Shown here: positions 10,628 through 25,428 of the stretch, in pieces
Position numbering within the stretch: position 1 is the stretch's first letter
Layout: the number at the start of each line of letters is the position of its first letter
Source: Schmidtea polychroa
Lineage: Eukaryota
Assembly: GCA_044892525.1 (NCBI GenBank)
Contig: CM097885.1
Span: 4,900,001-4,964,000, forward strand
Direction: 5' to 3'
DNA length: 64,000 nt
The notes under the pieces: generated by a model
The model's input: the letters and a program-made list of their open reading frames with translations, nothing else
Database searches by the model: none
What the model was told of the DNA's origin: nothing
Position numbers and translations under genes: made by a program

Positions 10628-13626
10628 GATAATAATTAATATTTGTGATAACTCTGACTGTAATCCTCCATTACTCGGCGGCCATTTACGGGCTGTGACT
10701 TGATGGGCCCCGAATGAATCAGCATAATAAGATCATTGTTTCCATAATTTATTAATGATCTGTTGGCATTAGTTTATTAACTGTTTTATTGTTGAGCTTT
10801 TATATTTCCATTTCTACGCGTTCCAGATATGATATATGGCCTATCATGTAATCTATCTATCTCTCTCTATCTCTCTCTCTGTCACTGATCTCTTATTAGA
10901 AGCAATTTTATTGTAGATTTTGTATATTTATCTTTTAATATTGATGTGAATGTTATCTAATGTGATTCTCTAGTCCTAGATCTTGGAATGAATTATTGTT
11001 GTTGTATTGGGGTTTATTGTATTGATGATATTTGGGCCGTGTGGACCGTATGGACTTAGTCAATAGTTGATTTATCCATGTACCTAGCATGTTAGTGTGA
11101 AGAATCTTTTTCCTTTACAATATATGATCGGTGTTATGTTCTCATTATATTTTGGGGGGAAAATAATTTAGCAATGCCTCGGCACAATCTATGGCACTCA
11201 TTTACTGTGCTCCTTACGAAAATTATAGTTATTTTGATTTTAAATATTAATAAATTTACATAAACATAATACATTTTGGAATAATAAACATAAGTTTTAT
11301 ACAACTGCGTAACTTGGTATAAAAAGTGTATATATATATATATGGAGTAAAATATTTTTTACGGGTGCCTAACATTAAAATAATAAACATTTCAAGCTTT
11401 GTGATTCCCAGTGAAAATCCCAATAGTAGACTAGTTTCAAGCTTTTGGCTCTCATCAGTACTATGCGGGAGACACGAAGATTTCTCTTCGCGCCAATAAG
11501 TATACAACATTGCTGATTCAACTCTATTGCATACTTTCCCTGCTACACTGGAAATCACATCACTTGCAAATAAGCTAAATCACAGAATAAAAATATCTGC
11601 AAACTTGTAAACATAGCGTATGAATAATAATTATAAAAACGTTTTATAAAATAAAGCTGCCATAATATTCAAATGAAATTCATCAAATAATTAATTTATT
11701 TAGCAAGCTTATTAATGTGAAAATCATTTGAGCTATTCTAATATTTACATAAAATAATAAACAAGACAATATATTTCTAAATTCAAATTCTATTTCATTA
11801 CAATTAATATTTAAACAATTTAAATTATTATATGATATACTTTTAAATTGACAAGATTTTATATTGCTGTATCAAAAAAATTTGTTCTGAATGTTTATGT
11901 TATTATGTAGAAAAATTATCTAAATTTAAAGGGACAAACAATTTCTTCTGTTTTAATTAGAAAATTATTGCAGTCAGTTTCTAAATGTTACTCGTATGCC
12001 TATATTAATTTGAAAATATCTAAGATATCTGGAAACAGACAAACTATTATAGTTTATATCGGTTGTCTCCAGATAATCAGTTCCTGTTCCACATTCAACA
12101 TCCATTCATTTTCCTTGACAAGTGCCTGGACAACCTCCATTGCATTGACGCATATTTCTTACATGTTAGAACATATAAATTGGTCAAGACTTACAAATAA
12201 TTTATTCAATGTTCTTGCGTTTTCAATGTTAGCAGTAAATACCATTTTGAATTTTGCTCTTTTTTCATTATATATATATATATATATGCTTGCTCTAAAA
12301 AAAATTCTCAAACCATTCAAAAAATAAATAATTCGGGACAATCTTTAACTTTAATCAACAAGTATGATGAAAAAAAGGCTGGCCATGCATAAAAACATAT
12401 TTAATTTTAATAGTAAAACAATCAGCACCATCAAAAATAGTTAGATGTGAGCTTTATGGACCAATGTGACCTAATTTATCTCTTAATATACGATTAAATG
12501 GTTCGATATCCATTACCTTAGACTGTGAATGCACAGTATAGTGATTTACATGATTTTTTTTCCAATTGGTTTTACCTTACTGCTGTAGAATTTCTTACCT
12601 AAATCAATTTGCAAATTACCAGATGTCTACCAGCAAATCAAGTATTGATTGCTTGACCCATTTCATTAGCCCTTGTAAATCGACTATATAAATTAATGCA
12701 TACCAAAAGACAATTGTAACATTTGTTGATACCCGATTATATTAAATCATTTACATCAAATTTAATTGCCATAAATCTTCAATACGAAATGTTTTATAGG
12801 CTCTTCTATCAATATTGGCGTGCAAGTTGGCTCGACAACCAATTTAGTCTTTCTTTGATTTCTTGGATGATTTTTTCTAATCTGTCAACTTCGCTGAAAG
12901 ATAATGAGTTTTTTGAATTTTGTCCAAATTTTCTCGATTGCAAAAATTTTAATTAAAATCAAGGTTGATATTCGGCATTGAAAGAGTACCACTCTATTTT
13001 CCTAATAAACATGCTCCACCTAATAAAGATATTTCGAAGACCTGCCGAAAAAAACAAGATTGAACTGCTTTTCATCTTTTCAGATCTTTCAACTCTTACA
13101 ATTTTGATTGATAGGCATCTGAACTGTTTTTTAATTTTTTTATATTCTTATTTATTATTATAATTTCTAGATAGATCGAACAATATAATTTGTCTTTAAT
13201 ATAAATATGTATACTAAATTGTAATAGTATATATTAAATTGAATTTGTATAATTGCAGTATGTTGATATCGATTAGAATATAAAAACACATTATTGAATT
13301 CTCCAAGTTTTATTCGATATTTTTATTATATAACATCAATTGTGAAAATCGTGTGATTGTTTTGAAAATAATTAATATCGATAAGGATATAAATTACTAT
13401 TAATTATATATTATTATTACTATTACTATAATTATTATTATTTGTAATTATTATTGTCATTATTATATACTATTATTATTTATTAGGGTTTATGGCCCAT
13501 GCCTACCTCCGAAATGGTTGATAATCATTAGTAAAAAGACCAACAATACATGTACCTATATTCAACAAATTGTGACATTCATATTAATCACGTATGCATC
13601 AATCAGTCCTATCCAACATTAAATAT

Positions 13627-13918
13627 TTAAACACGAATCGGTTCCTCGTCTTCATGACATTTGGTCGTTTCAAACAAATCCACGTTACCTCCGGTCAAAA
13701 GTTTGCCTTTGAATATCCAGTGATTGTAATCCATCTCTACTCTGTGATCATTAAGGAAGGTGAAAGCCGACATTTCGTGCTCATAACCGAAAAACGTCCT
13801 AAATGTGTTAATTAACAGTTTAAGTCATGGGTGGTTACATTTACTTTTCATAAAATTTGCTCTCAACCGCCAAAGCTTGATTGCTTTTCCCATGCTTTAT
13901 GACGATTTTTTCGCTGGT
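13627..13918 (-). CDS. CFAP161: CFAP161 exons 5 (13845-13918) and 6 (13627-13798)
   Basis: TSEKIVIKHGKSNQALAVESKFYEK/TFFGYEHEMSAFTFLNDHRVEMDYNHWIFKG...RV* matches the CFAP161 C-terminus pattern (TYFGKEAEV.AHTYLDSHRVE...NHW). Confidence 0.88.
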
Positions 13919-14148
13919 CTAAATGAAAGATTTTATTTGTTATTCTATTGGTTTAAACAAGAATTTCAATTTTTTATAATTATTTTGTAAATCTTTTGAT
14001 TTCTTATCATTAGATTTACAATTTCGTTTATTTTTATCTTTTTCACTTCTAAAAAGCAGTATCGAAAATTATTGTTCAATAGAAAGTAAAAAAAAAACAT
14101 TGGATGACATAGAAAAGCCCATCGAAACATTCGTATTAACAAAAGACT

Positions 14149-14820
14149 CAGGGCCGTTTCTACCATTAGGCTAGGAGGCCGCCCTGGGCGGAAATGGGTG
14201 GAAATTTTAATTTTAAATTAAAAAACGATAATTTGAGCAAATTTAAAAAGGAAAATGAAATAAAGGAAAAATTAGAACATTGAATTTTTTAAAAGCATAC
14301 GAGAGAGTTACTTAATAAGTGTTTACTTTGACAATTTTAGAGCCGCTAATGAGTACGAAAGGTGAACAAATACGACCTTGACGATGATATAAACTACTAG
14401 ACAAGTACATAGAAGTTGAGAGCCGAAAGTAAGAAAAATGCGTTGTAATTAATATGGTGATGATAAAATGAAGAAATAACTGAAGAAAGCGTAAAAAAGG
14501 ACATAGGCAGTGCCTATTAGGCACGGCAGCAATATGTTTTGAACTTTCACGAATAGGTCATCGAATACAAATGCAAAACTTGAATATGTACTGAACTATC
14601 TGTGTCAAAATAAGTAAGAAAATAGCTTTTCTAATTTCTTTGTACCTATTCATATCCTTTTGACTTTACCTATATCAGTTGCAAGTTCGTGGACAAGTTT
14701 CTCAAACCTCAAATTAATAAAAACCTGGCTGTGCCAAGGAAGAATCGTGAAATTACCCAAAATTTCAATATAAAAAGACATGGCTAACTAGCTTGATATT
14801 AGATATCTTATTAAAGACTT
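14149..14820 (+). mobile_element. hAT transposon relic (left end plus C-terminal dimerisation motif)
   Basis: CAGGGCCGTTTCTACC terminus-like sequence; LTLPISVASSWTSFSNLKLIKTWL at ~14660-14730. Confidence 0.65.
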
Positions 14821-14829
14821 CTAAAATAA

Positions 14830-15360
14830 GGGCAAGGATAACAGAGAAATATAACCAATCCATCCCAGAGCAAAGAACAAGAAGAAATTGAAAAATAAAA
14901 ATATCCAAATGCTCATATCAGCTAGAAAGTTTATTTGTTATAGCCCAAAAAAAGCAGTAAAAGAAATATAAAAAGATGAATCAGCTCCAGCAGATCTAGA
15001 AAAAAGAATACTATATACATATTTTGTCAAAGAAGATCCTGCTTTCCAAGATTGCAAAATAACATACGACCACTACCAAGACTGGATAACAAAACCAGAA
15101 ATTAGCTACAAAGAAATCGAAACAGCCTTGAGAAAAACCAGTGACTCAGCCCCTGGAGAAGACAATATCCCCATTAGACAATGGGAAAAATGGATGGAAG
15201 ATTGAGTTTTATTTGATATATTCAACTATGTAAAGAGGACCCACATCATTCCAGAAATATGGAAAGACTTCGGGACAACTCTAATAATCAAACCAGGAAA
15301 AAAGGGAAAAACTAATAACCCGGCTAACTGGAAACCAATTGCAATACTGCCAACGAGTTA
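14830..15360 (+). mobile_element. Non-LTR retrotransposon (R2/NeSL-like) RT N-terminal fragment
   Basis: ISYKEIETALRKTSDSAPGEDNI...IPEIWKDFGTTLIIKPGK...PANWKPIAILPT; frameshifted. Confidence 0.75.
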
Positions 15361-17077
15361 AGATTAAGAGAAAGATTATATAACTAGTTAACCAGTACAC
15401 GTTGAGACAATCTCTCATGAAACTTCAACAATCTGAAAGAAATGAAGATAAACCTACTGTTATTTATTAAGGTCTAATTGGGCGTTAATTAAGATCCGTA
15501 ATATATGAAAGTAAAGGTAGAGTAACAGTGTCGAGTATATACACATTTAACACAAATACGAAAATTAATTCAGTTAGAAGCCATTCTTTAATGTATTTCA
15601 TGATAGAGGTGCAAAAAAATTAATATTAGTAAATGCATAAATGAACAACAATACTCATAAAAAAATAATAAAAAATGCAGAAATGTAGATATTAATTGAA
15701 GTCTTTGTAGTGCCTCTGAAAAGCACTTTTATCAATCTAATAATTGAACTAAAAATATATTATTAAATTAATTAAATTAAAATAAAAAATTAAAAACAAT
15801 TGTTTAAATAATATTTCACTTTTTTCGAAAATCATCATCAAATTCAATTTAAAATGTCTAACAAAGTCACTGAAGTCGAATAAGTTGAAGAATCATCAAA
15901 TCGAGTCAAAATCAATGAATCAAATATGTCAGAAATACAGGAAACAGAAGCCTTTATCTTATTCACAATGATATCTCTGATGATGTTCAAGATCTTCAAC
16001 AATGTCAATTATAATAAATTCTTTGTTCAAATTAATTGTATGTCTCTACAGTCTTTACATCAAACTTTATAAATAATATGCATTGTAATGATAGAGAAAT
16101 GCTAATTAAATTGAGCATCAAATAAATTCATTAATACATCCAAATTATTTACTAGGCATATACGAATTTTACTTAGCATAAATCAACTTAGGTTTTATTT
16201 AAAATTACTTAGCACTTAAATAGGTGCCATTTTTAATCCTTTTATGTTAATAATATCTATACTAAAATTAAAACTTCGTATTTATTATGAACTTCAGGTC
16301 ATTTATGATTAATGTTTGAAAACAGTAAGATTTATTAAATTCATAACCAACGTTTCCTTTAATTTTATTTTTCACTGTGCAATAATTATCGGAGCCCGAA
16401 TTTTGAAATTTGAATTGTTATTATAAAAATCATAATTTTGTGCGTAAAAGAAAATATGCACAATTTATGGATTTTCTAAGCAAATGAGCATGTTAAAATA
16501 TCCCACTTCTGACAACATCGTAATAAAATATAATTTAATATCAAATCTGTTGATTCTATTTCTTCAGCAACTTCAATGATTTTGTTGGACATACTTGAAT
16601 TTGATTTTTGAATTTCGAAAAATAAAGTTAATAAATGTATTTTATTTACTTAATATAATGTTTAATTTTAATATTTTAATATCTTATAAATAATAAAAAA
16701 ATTGTATGATAATTCTGATATATTGTGACCAGCATACGTAAATTAAAAGAAATATTGATTAATTATAACTAATTAAATGAACAATTAATTTATTTTATTT
16801 TATTTTTATTAATTATATTCTTCAACTAATTTTTCAGAATATTAAAATTTGTATTATTATTTCTCATTGAAACAATTCTCAATTGTTATTAATTAGTTTT
16901 CTTAGTTGATAATTGTTGTATCAATAAACAATATATTGTTGGGTAAATATTGGTTGGTACCCTTGGCAGGTTACCCAACCCTGATATTTGCAAGATTTGA
17001 GCAAAATCGAAACTTGTAACTAAATATCAGTATCAATATTAACTTAATATACATTATGACGTAGTAAAAATATTTAC

Positions 17078-17318
17078 CTTAATAGGACATCCTTCATGTT
17101 GAAGCCTTTGTCTCGGGTCCGTATGTTGGACATTGAAATGACTCAAAAAGCTTAGACCACCAATGCAACATATTTCTTGATGTTTAGATTGTTTTGCCGT
17201 ATTAACGAAGGCACAGTTGTCACTAGATATATACATTGTAGGCCCTAAAAGCGATGATATTTTGAATGCAATAGGCTCTCCGTAAGTTACTTTTTTCCCG
17301 GTTTTATCACTGTCAATA
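17078..17318 (-). CDS. CFAP161: CFAP161 exon 4
   Basis: IDSDKTGKKVTYGEPIAFK...MYISSDNCAFVNTAKQSKHQEI...DPRQRLQHEGCPIK; GT-AG boundaries with consistent phases. Confidence 0.9.
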
Positions 17319-17502
17319 CTGTGTTAAAAATAATAATTAAAACAAATTGAAGTTAATTTAATATATATCTCATTTCGTAGATAATTATTTCAGGTGATTC
17401 GCAATTTTGGAACACTTAATGAAATATTTGCGGAACACCGCGTCAAAAACGTATATGTATGACTCTGTTCATTAAAAATGCAAAAAATAAAATAATCTAA
17501 AC

Positions 17503-17759
17503 CAGTGATGAACAAAATTTTTCGGACTGCGAACCCCTTCTTTAAATAAAAATTATCATTTGACCCCACCTAGCAAAATTTATAGAAAAAATCAAAAAAG
17601 TAATCAAAAAAAAGTAAAAATTTAAAATAAAAATGTTATACAAAATTTAAAGAATATTTTTATTTTATATTTCAAAATGATAAAACTAACTTTTTCAACC
17701 CCTCTGGAGTTTTTCGGGAACCCCTATGAAGGTCGCGACCCACACTTTGAGTATCACTG
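17503..17759. mobile_element. hAT-type MITE, 257 bp
   Basis: Termini CAGTGATG.../...TATCACTG; perfect 8-bp TSD ATCTAAAC (17495-17502, 17760-17767). Confidence 0.88.
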
Positions 17760-18676
17760 ATCTAAACAACCAAAAAGATTACATTTTTTTAGGTTGCACA
17801 CCAGTGATAATAAAAGGCTAATATATTGAGGACCTGTCCATCAAGCAATCAAAAAACAGTGAAGAAGATATATATCTTATATCTTAACAATGAGTCAAAA
17901 CAATAAAATTAATGTAATATCCCAAAATAGTGTACTATATCAACTACCTTATACAAAATGAAACCAATTCATATAATCAACTGAAGAATTACAAGCTCAA
18001 ATTACTGATAATACCAATATTCAAAATTCATAATTTATTATAGTCCGACTCAACCCGACCCGGCGTTTAGTAAAATAATATAGCTCAATAATAAAGACTG
18101 TATTAGACGAAAGCATATTCATCAAGAATTTTGTCTTAGATTTTCAAGGTGATTTTTCTCTTCTTACCAATTTGAAATAACATTTCTAAGATTTTTACTC
18201 TTTAACCACGATATTGTAGTTTCTTCTCTTCGACCAACTGGCATTTGTCCAACAGTGTCGTTTACTTTTATATTGTTGTTCATCCTGCGTAATCGGATAA
18301 TTGAATTAGGCGTCGGCCAAAAAAACAAAGTAATTGAACAGGCGCCCTCACCTATTTGTTCAAAATTCTCGTTTCGCTAATTCATTTTATCGATATGCAC
18401 ATTCAAACACATTTTGAGCCACTTTATACGAACACCAAAAATAAAAAAAAATATGGCACCCAGAAAGATTAAGCATTTTTCTTCGTTTTTCTCATAATTC
18501 TCAATTAAGTAATCAAAATTGACAGATAAGGCTTTATATTAAAAAAGAGTGGGCAAATAATTAATTTGATCTTAGCTCATTATTGAGGTAATTTTTGATT
18601 TGTTTTAATTAATAATTATTTTTCAAAATATTATTATTTTCAAGGTCATATTATTATTTTCAAAATATTATTATTA

Positions 18677-18736
<60 letters not shown>

Positions 18737-19094
18737 CTATTATTATTATTTGCGAAGTTCTTATTATTTTATTGTCAATGTTTTATTATTATTTACTTAA
18801 ATATTCATAAAACTAAATTTCAGCATCAATTTACGATTTTCAATATTTGATAATTATTTTCAGGAACATTTTCATAATTTTAACGTTTTCATCATTTTCA
18901 CGATTTTCAACATTTTCAGGAACATTTTCATCATTTTCAACGTTTTCTTTATTTTCATCATTTTCAACATTTTCATAATTTTCACGATTTTCAATATTTT
19001 CATGATTATTATCTTCAAAATTCTTATTTTATTTATAAAATATCATTTTCAAAATTATTTTCAAATTTCTTATTATTTATTTTCAAAGTATATT

Positions 19095-19125
<31 letters not shown>

Positions 19126-20522
19126 TTATTATTATATATACTCCTAGTCTATCCGATAAAATATTTTGTCCCCCTATGGGTACTGCTCACACTCAACAGG
19201 TTGCAAGGGTACTAGTCATGCTTATTATTATTGTTATACAATATGATGTTACTTAGACATTTGAAGGTTCAACCATGGTTACAATTTCTACATTTTGAAA
19301 ACGCTAATTTGATTGGCTATCTCAATTTTTATAAATGTAAAAACAAAAGTAATTTAGTTTATACGATAAGATATTTCTCCCTCTATGGGTACTGCTCGTA
19401 AGGGTACTGCTCGTAAGGGTACTGGTCGTAAAGGCACGAAATCCCACGAAAACTTACTCAAATATAACCGAAAGACATAAAACAACAAAAACAAATTCGA
19501 TTAAATACTTTATAGCAATTGCATTGATACATCAAAATGTCAGATAATATTTATAAATTAACTAAAAACTACACAAAAATACTATATTACCTAAGAATTC
19601 AGTTATGTTTCTAGTTAAATAATTGAAATAATTAGTATTACTATCAACTATATAAAAAATTGTTATGAGTCCAAGAATATTTTAATTAAATGGTATAGCC
19701 AAATACATGGATTTCTAACTAAATTTGTAAATTTATCTGGAAATATTTTACTTAAGAAATTGCTATATATTTAAAATAACCATGTACCTTTCACTAAATT
19801 GCCTAAGAATTTGCTATATGGTATTGTTAAATAAAATAATCATAATAAAATTAAAAATAATAATATTATGAAAAAATAATATAATTGTATGACTAATAAA
19901 TTTGCAATACAAGTGCATAATTAACAAAGACTTTGCAATAAATGGACATGATTAACAAAGACACTAGAAATATTATCTTTACATTTTGTCGAAGATGATT
20001 ATGGCAGTAATATCAGAGGAGAATCAATGGACAGAAGAAAAGCATCATTATGATTTATAATAATTGTAAATATAATTGTATATGTAATTGTAAATTTTCA
20101 TATATATAAATAACACTATATAAAAAAATTAATACAAAAATTAAAACAAAATGAATATGTTTTAATCAAAAAGTATTACAATAAAACAATAAATTTATAA
20201 AAACAAATTAAAACATTTATTTCCGAAACAATAATAACCAATACTACTGTAACACATAATTTCAATTTTAAAATATTGGTTAGGGTTTCTTCTACTTTTC
20301 GAGCATCTACATGGTTCTTGCGAAGATCTTTTTCCCATTTTGATGAACTCATGGGTATCCCTTCATCATATCATCACTATTTGGTAGTTGCGCCCAATAT
20401 ATTTAATTACCAAGATGATTTCATATTATTCAATGTTTGAAAATTTCCTACATTATAGTACCGTCATTATGTATGGTAATAATTCATTTGACTTTGATAT
20501 TGTATTGATTTGTATTGAGAAC

Positions 20523-21179
20523 TTACATGTATATATTATGATGTTCATTAATCATTGTTGAACAGGCTTGACAATTGTGAACATTCTTCTCGTGACACTT
20601 AGAACAAACAATTACGTGACCACACGGTAAATACAAAACCGAAACTTGATTTTCTTTACAAATTGAACAAGTTAAATACCTTTTCTTAACATCGTTCAGT
20701 TTTTTCCGTTAGCTTATTTTCAATCAAATCGGCTTTTGCTATCCATTCATAAATCAATCTACTATATCCCGGTTTCAACCTTAAATACATGCAACTCCAA
20801 AAGTATTCATTCAGTGAATCGTTGTTTACCACTGTTTTTTTTCTAAATACATTAAATAACTAGATAACTTCAAAATGAATTTATCATAATTAAATAAATC
20901 AATCAAATATTGAATAGAGGAATGTTTAAAAATTTTTAAAATATTTATGATTTCCTTATCAGTGTAAGTATCATGATTATTTATAAAATCTTCAACTGTG
21001 TTGAAAAATTTCAATGAACGCTTATCTTCGGAATAGGTTGGACTTAATATTTCCTTATTTCTAGTAGGATTTCCTTGCTATAAATGACATATATAAAAAT
21101 ATTGACAAAATAATAAAGTTACCAAATGTGTTTTGTGATTTATACATTCATATTCAACAGTGTTACTTGTTGAAATCAT
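20523..21179 (-). pseudogene. Intron-containing gene with C-terminal IAP/MDM-type C3HC4 RING; at least one A-run frameshift
   Basis: ATG 21179, exon 21123-21179, 45-bp GT-AG intron 21078-21122, possible second 50-bp intron ~20780-20829. Ends LTCSICKENQVSVLYLPCGHVIVCSKCHEKNVHNCQACSTMINEHHNIYM*. One extra A in the A6 run at 20700-20705. Confidence 0.75.
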
Positions 21180-21194
21180 CAGTAAATTTCTTAA

Positions 21195-21250
21195 TAACTA
21201 AATTACTTTTGTTTTTACATTTATAACGATTGAGATAGCCAATCAAATTA
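21195..21250 (-). promoter_or_regulatory. Putative Pol II promoter of the RING gene (CCAAT box, TATAAA, Inr-like TTAGTT)
   Basis: Minus strand reads TTTGATTGGCTA...TATAAATG...(about 20 nt)...TTAGTT, then ATG shortly after; copies at ~19310-19360 and ~25130-25180. Confidence 0.5.
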
Positions 21251-21414
21251 GAGTTTTCAAAATGTAGAAATTGTAACCATGGTTGAACCTTCAAATGTCT
21301 AAGTAACATCATATTGTATAACAATAATAATAAACATGACTAGTACCCTTGCAACCTGTTGAGTGTGAACAGTACCCATAGGGGGACAAAATATTTTGTC
21401 GGATAGACTAGGAG

Positions 21415-21474
<60 letters not shown>

Positions 21475-24400
21475 GTAATAATATTGATAAAAACTTTGAA
21501 AATATTTTGAAAATAATTTTTTGAAAATAATACTTTGAAAAATATTCGATGAAAAGTTCCTGAAATAATCATGAAAATGTTGAAAATCGTGAAAATATTG
21601 AAAATGTAAAAATTATTAAAATAATCATGCAAATGATGAAAATGTTGAAAATCATGTAATTGACGTAGAAATTAAGTTTATAAATATTTAAGTAAATAAT
21701 AATAATGAAACTTCTAAATTAAAATAATAATTAGACCTGTGCAAATAATAATAATTCTTTGAAAATAATAGTTTGAAAAATATTTGATGAAAATGTTCCT
21801 GAAATAATCATGAAAATGCTGAAAATCGTGAAAATGTTGAAAATCATGAAAATGTTGAAAATCGTGAAAATATTGAAAATGTAGAAAATTATGAAAATAA
21901 TGAAAATTATTAAAATATTCATGTAAATGATCAAAATGTTGAAAATCATGAAATTGACGCAGATTAAATTGATTAAAACATATTCATTTTGTTTTAATTT
22001 TTGTATTAATTTTTTTATATAGTGTTATTTATATATATGAAAATTTACAATTACATATACAATTATATTTACAATTATTATAAATCATAATGATGCTTTT
22101 CTTCTGTCCATTGATTCTCCTCTGATATTACTGCCATAATCATCTTCGACAAAATGTAAAGATAATATTTCTAGTGTCTTTGTTAATCATGTCCATTTAT
22201 TGCAAAGTCTTTGTTAATTATGCACTTGTATTGCAAATTTATTAGTCATACAATTATATTATTTTTTCATAATATTATTATTTTTAATTTTATTATGATT
22301 ATTTTATTTAACAATACCATATAGCAAATTCTTAGGCAATTTAGTGAAAGGTACATGGTTATTTTAAATATATAGCAATTTCTTAAGTAAAATATTTCCA
22401 GATAAATTTACAAATTTAGTTAGAAATCCATGTATTTGGCTATACCATTTAATTAAAATATTCTTGGACTCATAACAATTTTTTATATAGTTGATAGTAA
22501 TACTAATTATTTCAATTATTTAACTAGAAACATAACTGAATTCTTAGGTAATATAGTATTTTTGTGTAGTTTTTAGTTAATTTATAAATATTATCTGACA
22601 TTTTGATGTATCAATGCAATATACAACAAATTAATCAATAAAAACCTTAGCATATTGTAAGTTTTTATATATAGTCTGAATTTATCCGACAATATATTTT
22701 GTCCCCCTGTGTGTATTTGTCGTAAGGGTACTGCTTACATTCAACATGTCGCAAGGGTATATTAATTAAAGCACGTGTATATTAGTTAAAAATTCTTAGG
22801 CAATTTAGTGAGAAATGGATGATCATAGATATCAGAAATTCGTGAATATTTTGAATATTTTGAATGTAACTTACTGAATTCTCATTTCGAGCGACTAATT
22901 TATTGGTTAACTTTGTCATGTTTTGTCATTTAAAATAATATTTAGCAAAAGGTAAGATATGAATATTTAGTATTTCATAGGTAATTTATTCATGTAATGT
23001 TCATTACAATAGTTAATATAACTTCGTGAGAAATGCATAATCATTAATAACAACATATATTCATTGATAATTTTGGTAGAAAGTCTTTATCATTTGGAGT
23101 AAATTTCTGTCTTTGTTCGAGTCAAAAAGGAGTCATAATAGAAACATGATCATTTGGTTATCATTTAACCAATTAAGGTGCTTATTAGTTAGAAATATAG
23201 GGTTACAATTCTTTTCTAATTTAATGAGATGATCATTGGGTGTAATATATCTTTGTGAGAAATATATGGTTAACATTTTTAAATAGGGATTTTTGAGTAA
23301 CTTTTACCAAAACAGGGATATTTTGTGCGATCAATTTATGAATATTGCTTAATTTCCTCATTTTTAGTCATTTAGCAAAATATCATTGAAAGATTTATCC
23401 ATCCGATAACAATATTCCTTCAATAGATTTTACCCTTAATATTCAACCGATTTAATTTCTAGAAATCTAATTAAAATCATAAAATTCCTTCAATAAAGAT
23501 CAATTTTTTTTAGCTGTTATCGATTTCCAACTTTTAAGTAAATATCTCTCAAGTTTTGTCACTGATATCCTCACAATGAATAAAATAACTTCTTAAATAA
23601 AATAATTTAAAGAAATAACCTTTGATATCAATCCCAATTAATTCTAAAGATTTAAAATATTTCATTGTCAAAACCAAGTAAATAAATCATTAACCCTAAA
23701 CGACTTAATAAAACAGTGGATAATTAATAAAGAACTGGTTCTAAAACATAAATCTAAATTACTGTGCCATAACATTCATCACGACCTAATAAACCTCTAA
23801 AACGATATAATTTCACAGTAATTATTATTAATTCATAGCTAAATACTGACTATTTCCCTTGAAAATTTGATATTTTACCAATAAGAACATTGTCGATTTA
23901 AATAGAGATTTCAAACATTTCCGCCTTAACCGATCACTCACTAAATATTTCTACTCCTTTAAAAATACCCCCTTTAAAATCATATATTACCATCTTAACT
24001 GAACCTTCACTAAATCCGAACGACTTTAATATATCAGCCCTTTAATATATCAATTCTCTTAAAATCCATAGAAAATTCTTCAAAATATGAATTTTATTTA
24101 ATTGTTACCAACATTCTTCCATTGAAATAATTTATTATCTAAATTCATGTAGTAAAAGCCCACTAAAAGATCAAAATTCACTAAAATCAATATTTTCTAC
24201 AAATATTTCACCACATTTACCATCAAATACCTAACTAGAGATGAAATATATTGATTGATCATAATTCTTCATCGATTCAGCCAATTATATAGCAATTATA
24301 ATGTGATATATTTTTCAAAATCACAAATTTCAGTATATTTTACAATAATTTTCAAGTAGATTTCAAATATATCAACATGATAAAATTAGCTGGTTTCAAC

Positions 24401-25363
24401 TTTAGATTTTCAATATTTAAAAGTTCATCAATATTCTTAGAAAATATATGAAAAATTATTTTATCAAATTCAATATCATTACAAAGTCATCATAAAAATT
24501 AAATAATAATCACTTGATTATTGTAAAAACTAATTTAACTGTCATTAAAAATAATTTTTATTTAAAATTAAATTTAAAAACAAGTCAATAAAATATAGCA
24601 AATTATCAAGAAATTAATTAAATTTGTCTTAGAATTAACAATAAAACCTTAAATTTTTAAATATTCTTTCAATTATTCACAAAAAGGTTAATAATAATGT
24701 TAGTAAAATCCCGCTAACTCTAAAAATTACCAATGAATTTAATGCTCAATAATAACCAAAAATTTGCCTAAATGAAATCATTACAACACACCAGTGCCTT
24801 TACGACCAGTACCCTTACGAGCCGTACCCATAGAGGGAGAAAATATCTTGATAATAATTAGTAAGCGTAAAGTCGAAAGATAATTTTAATAACACATAGA
24901 TAAAATTAACAATATTATTCTCAGGTGGTAAGAATCTTCATTAAAGTTAGGAAATTATAAGAACTAGCAATTGCTATAAAGTATTTAATCGAATTTGTTT
25001 TTGTTGTTTTATGTCTTTCGGTTATATTTGAGTAAGTTTTCGTGGGATTTCGTGCCTTTACGACCAGTACCCTTACGAGCAGTACCCTTACGAGCAGTAC
25101 CCATAGAGGGAGAAATATCTTATCGTATAAACTAAATTACTTTTGTTTTTACATTTATAAAAATTGAGATAGCCAATCAAATTAGCGTTTTCAAAATGTA
25201 GAAATTGTAACCATGGTTGAACCTTCAAATGTCTAAGTAACATCATATTGTATAACAATAATAATAAGCATGACTAGTACCCTTGCAACCTGTTGAGTGT
25301 GAGCAGTACCCATAGGGGGACAAAATATTTTATCGGATAGACTAGGAGTATATATAATAATAA

Positions 25364-25428
<65 letters not shown>

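Noticed and set aside
11256..13163. Possible multi-exon gene on the minus strand between endophilin and CFAP161
   Set aside because: Several exon-like stretches, but I could not splice them into a stop-free frame or recognise a domain; needs RNA-seq
15850..16620. Old inverted repeat pair
   Set aside because: Too diverged and AT-rich to define ends or a TSD
20760..20830. BIR domain in the RING gene
   Set aside because: Only a vague W.C.YL resemblance, no CX2C...H...C pattern, and it may be intronic
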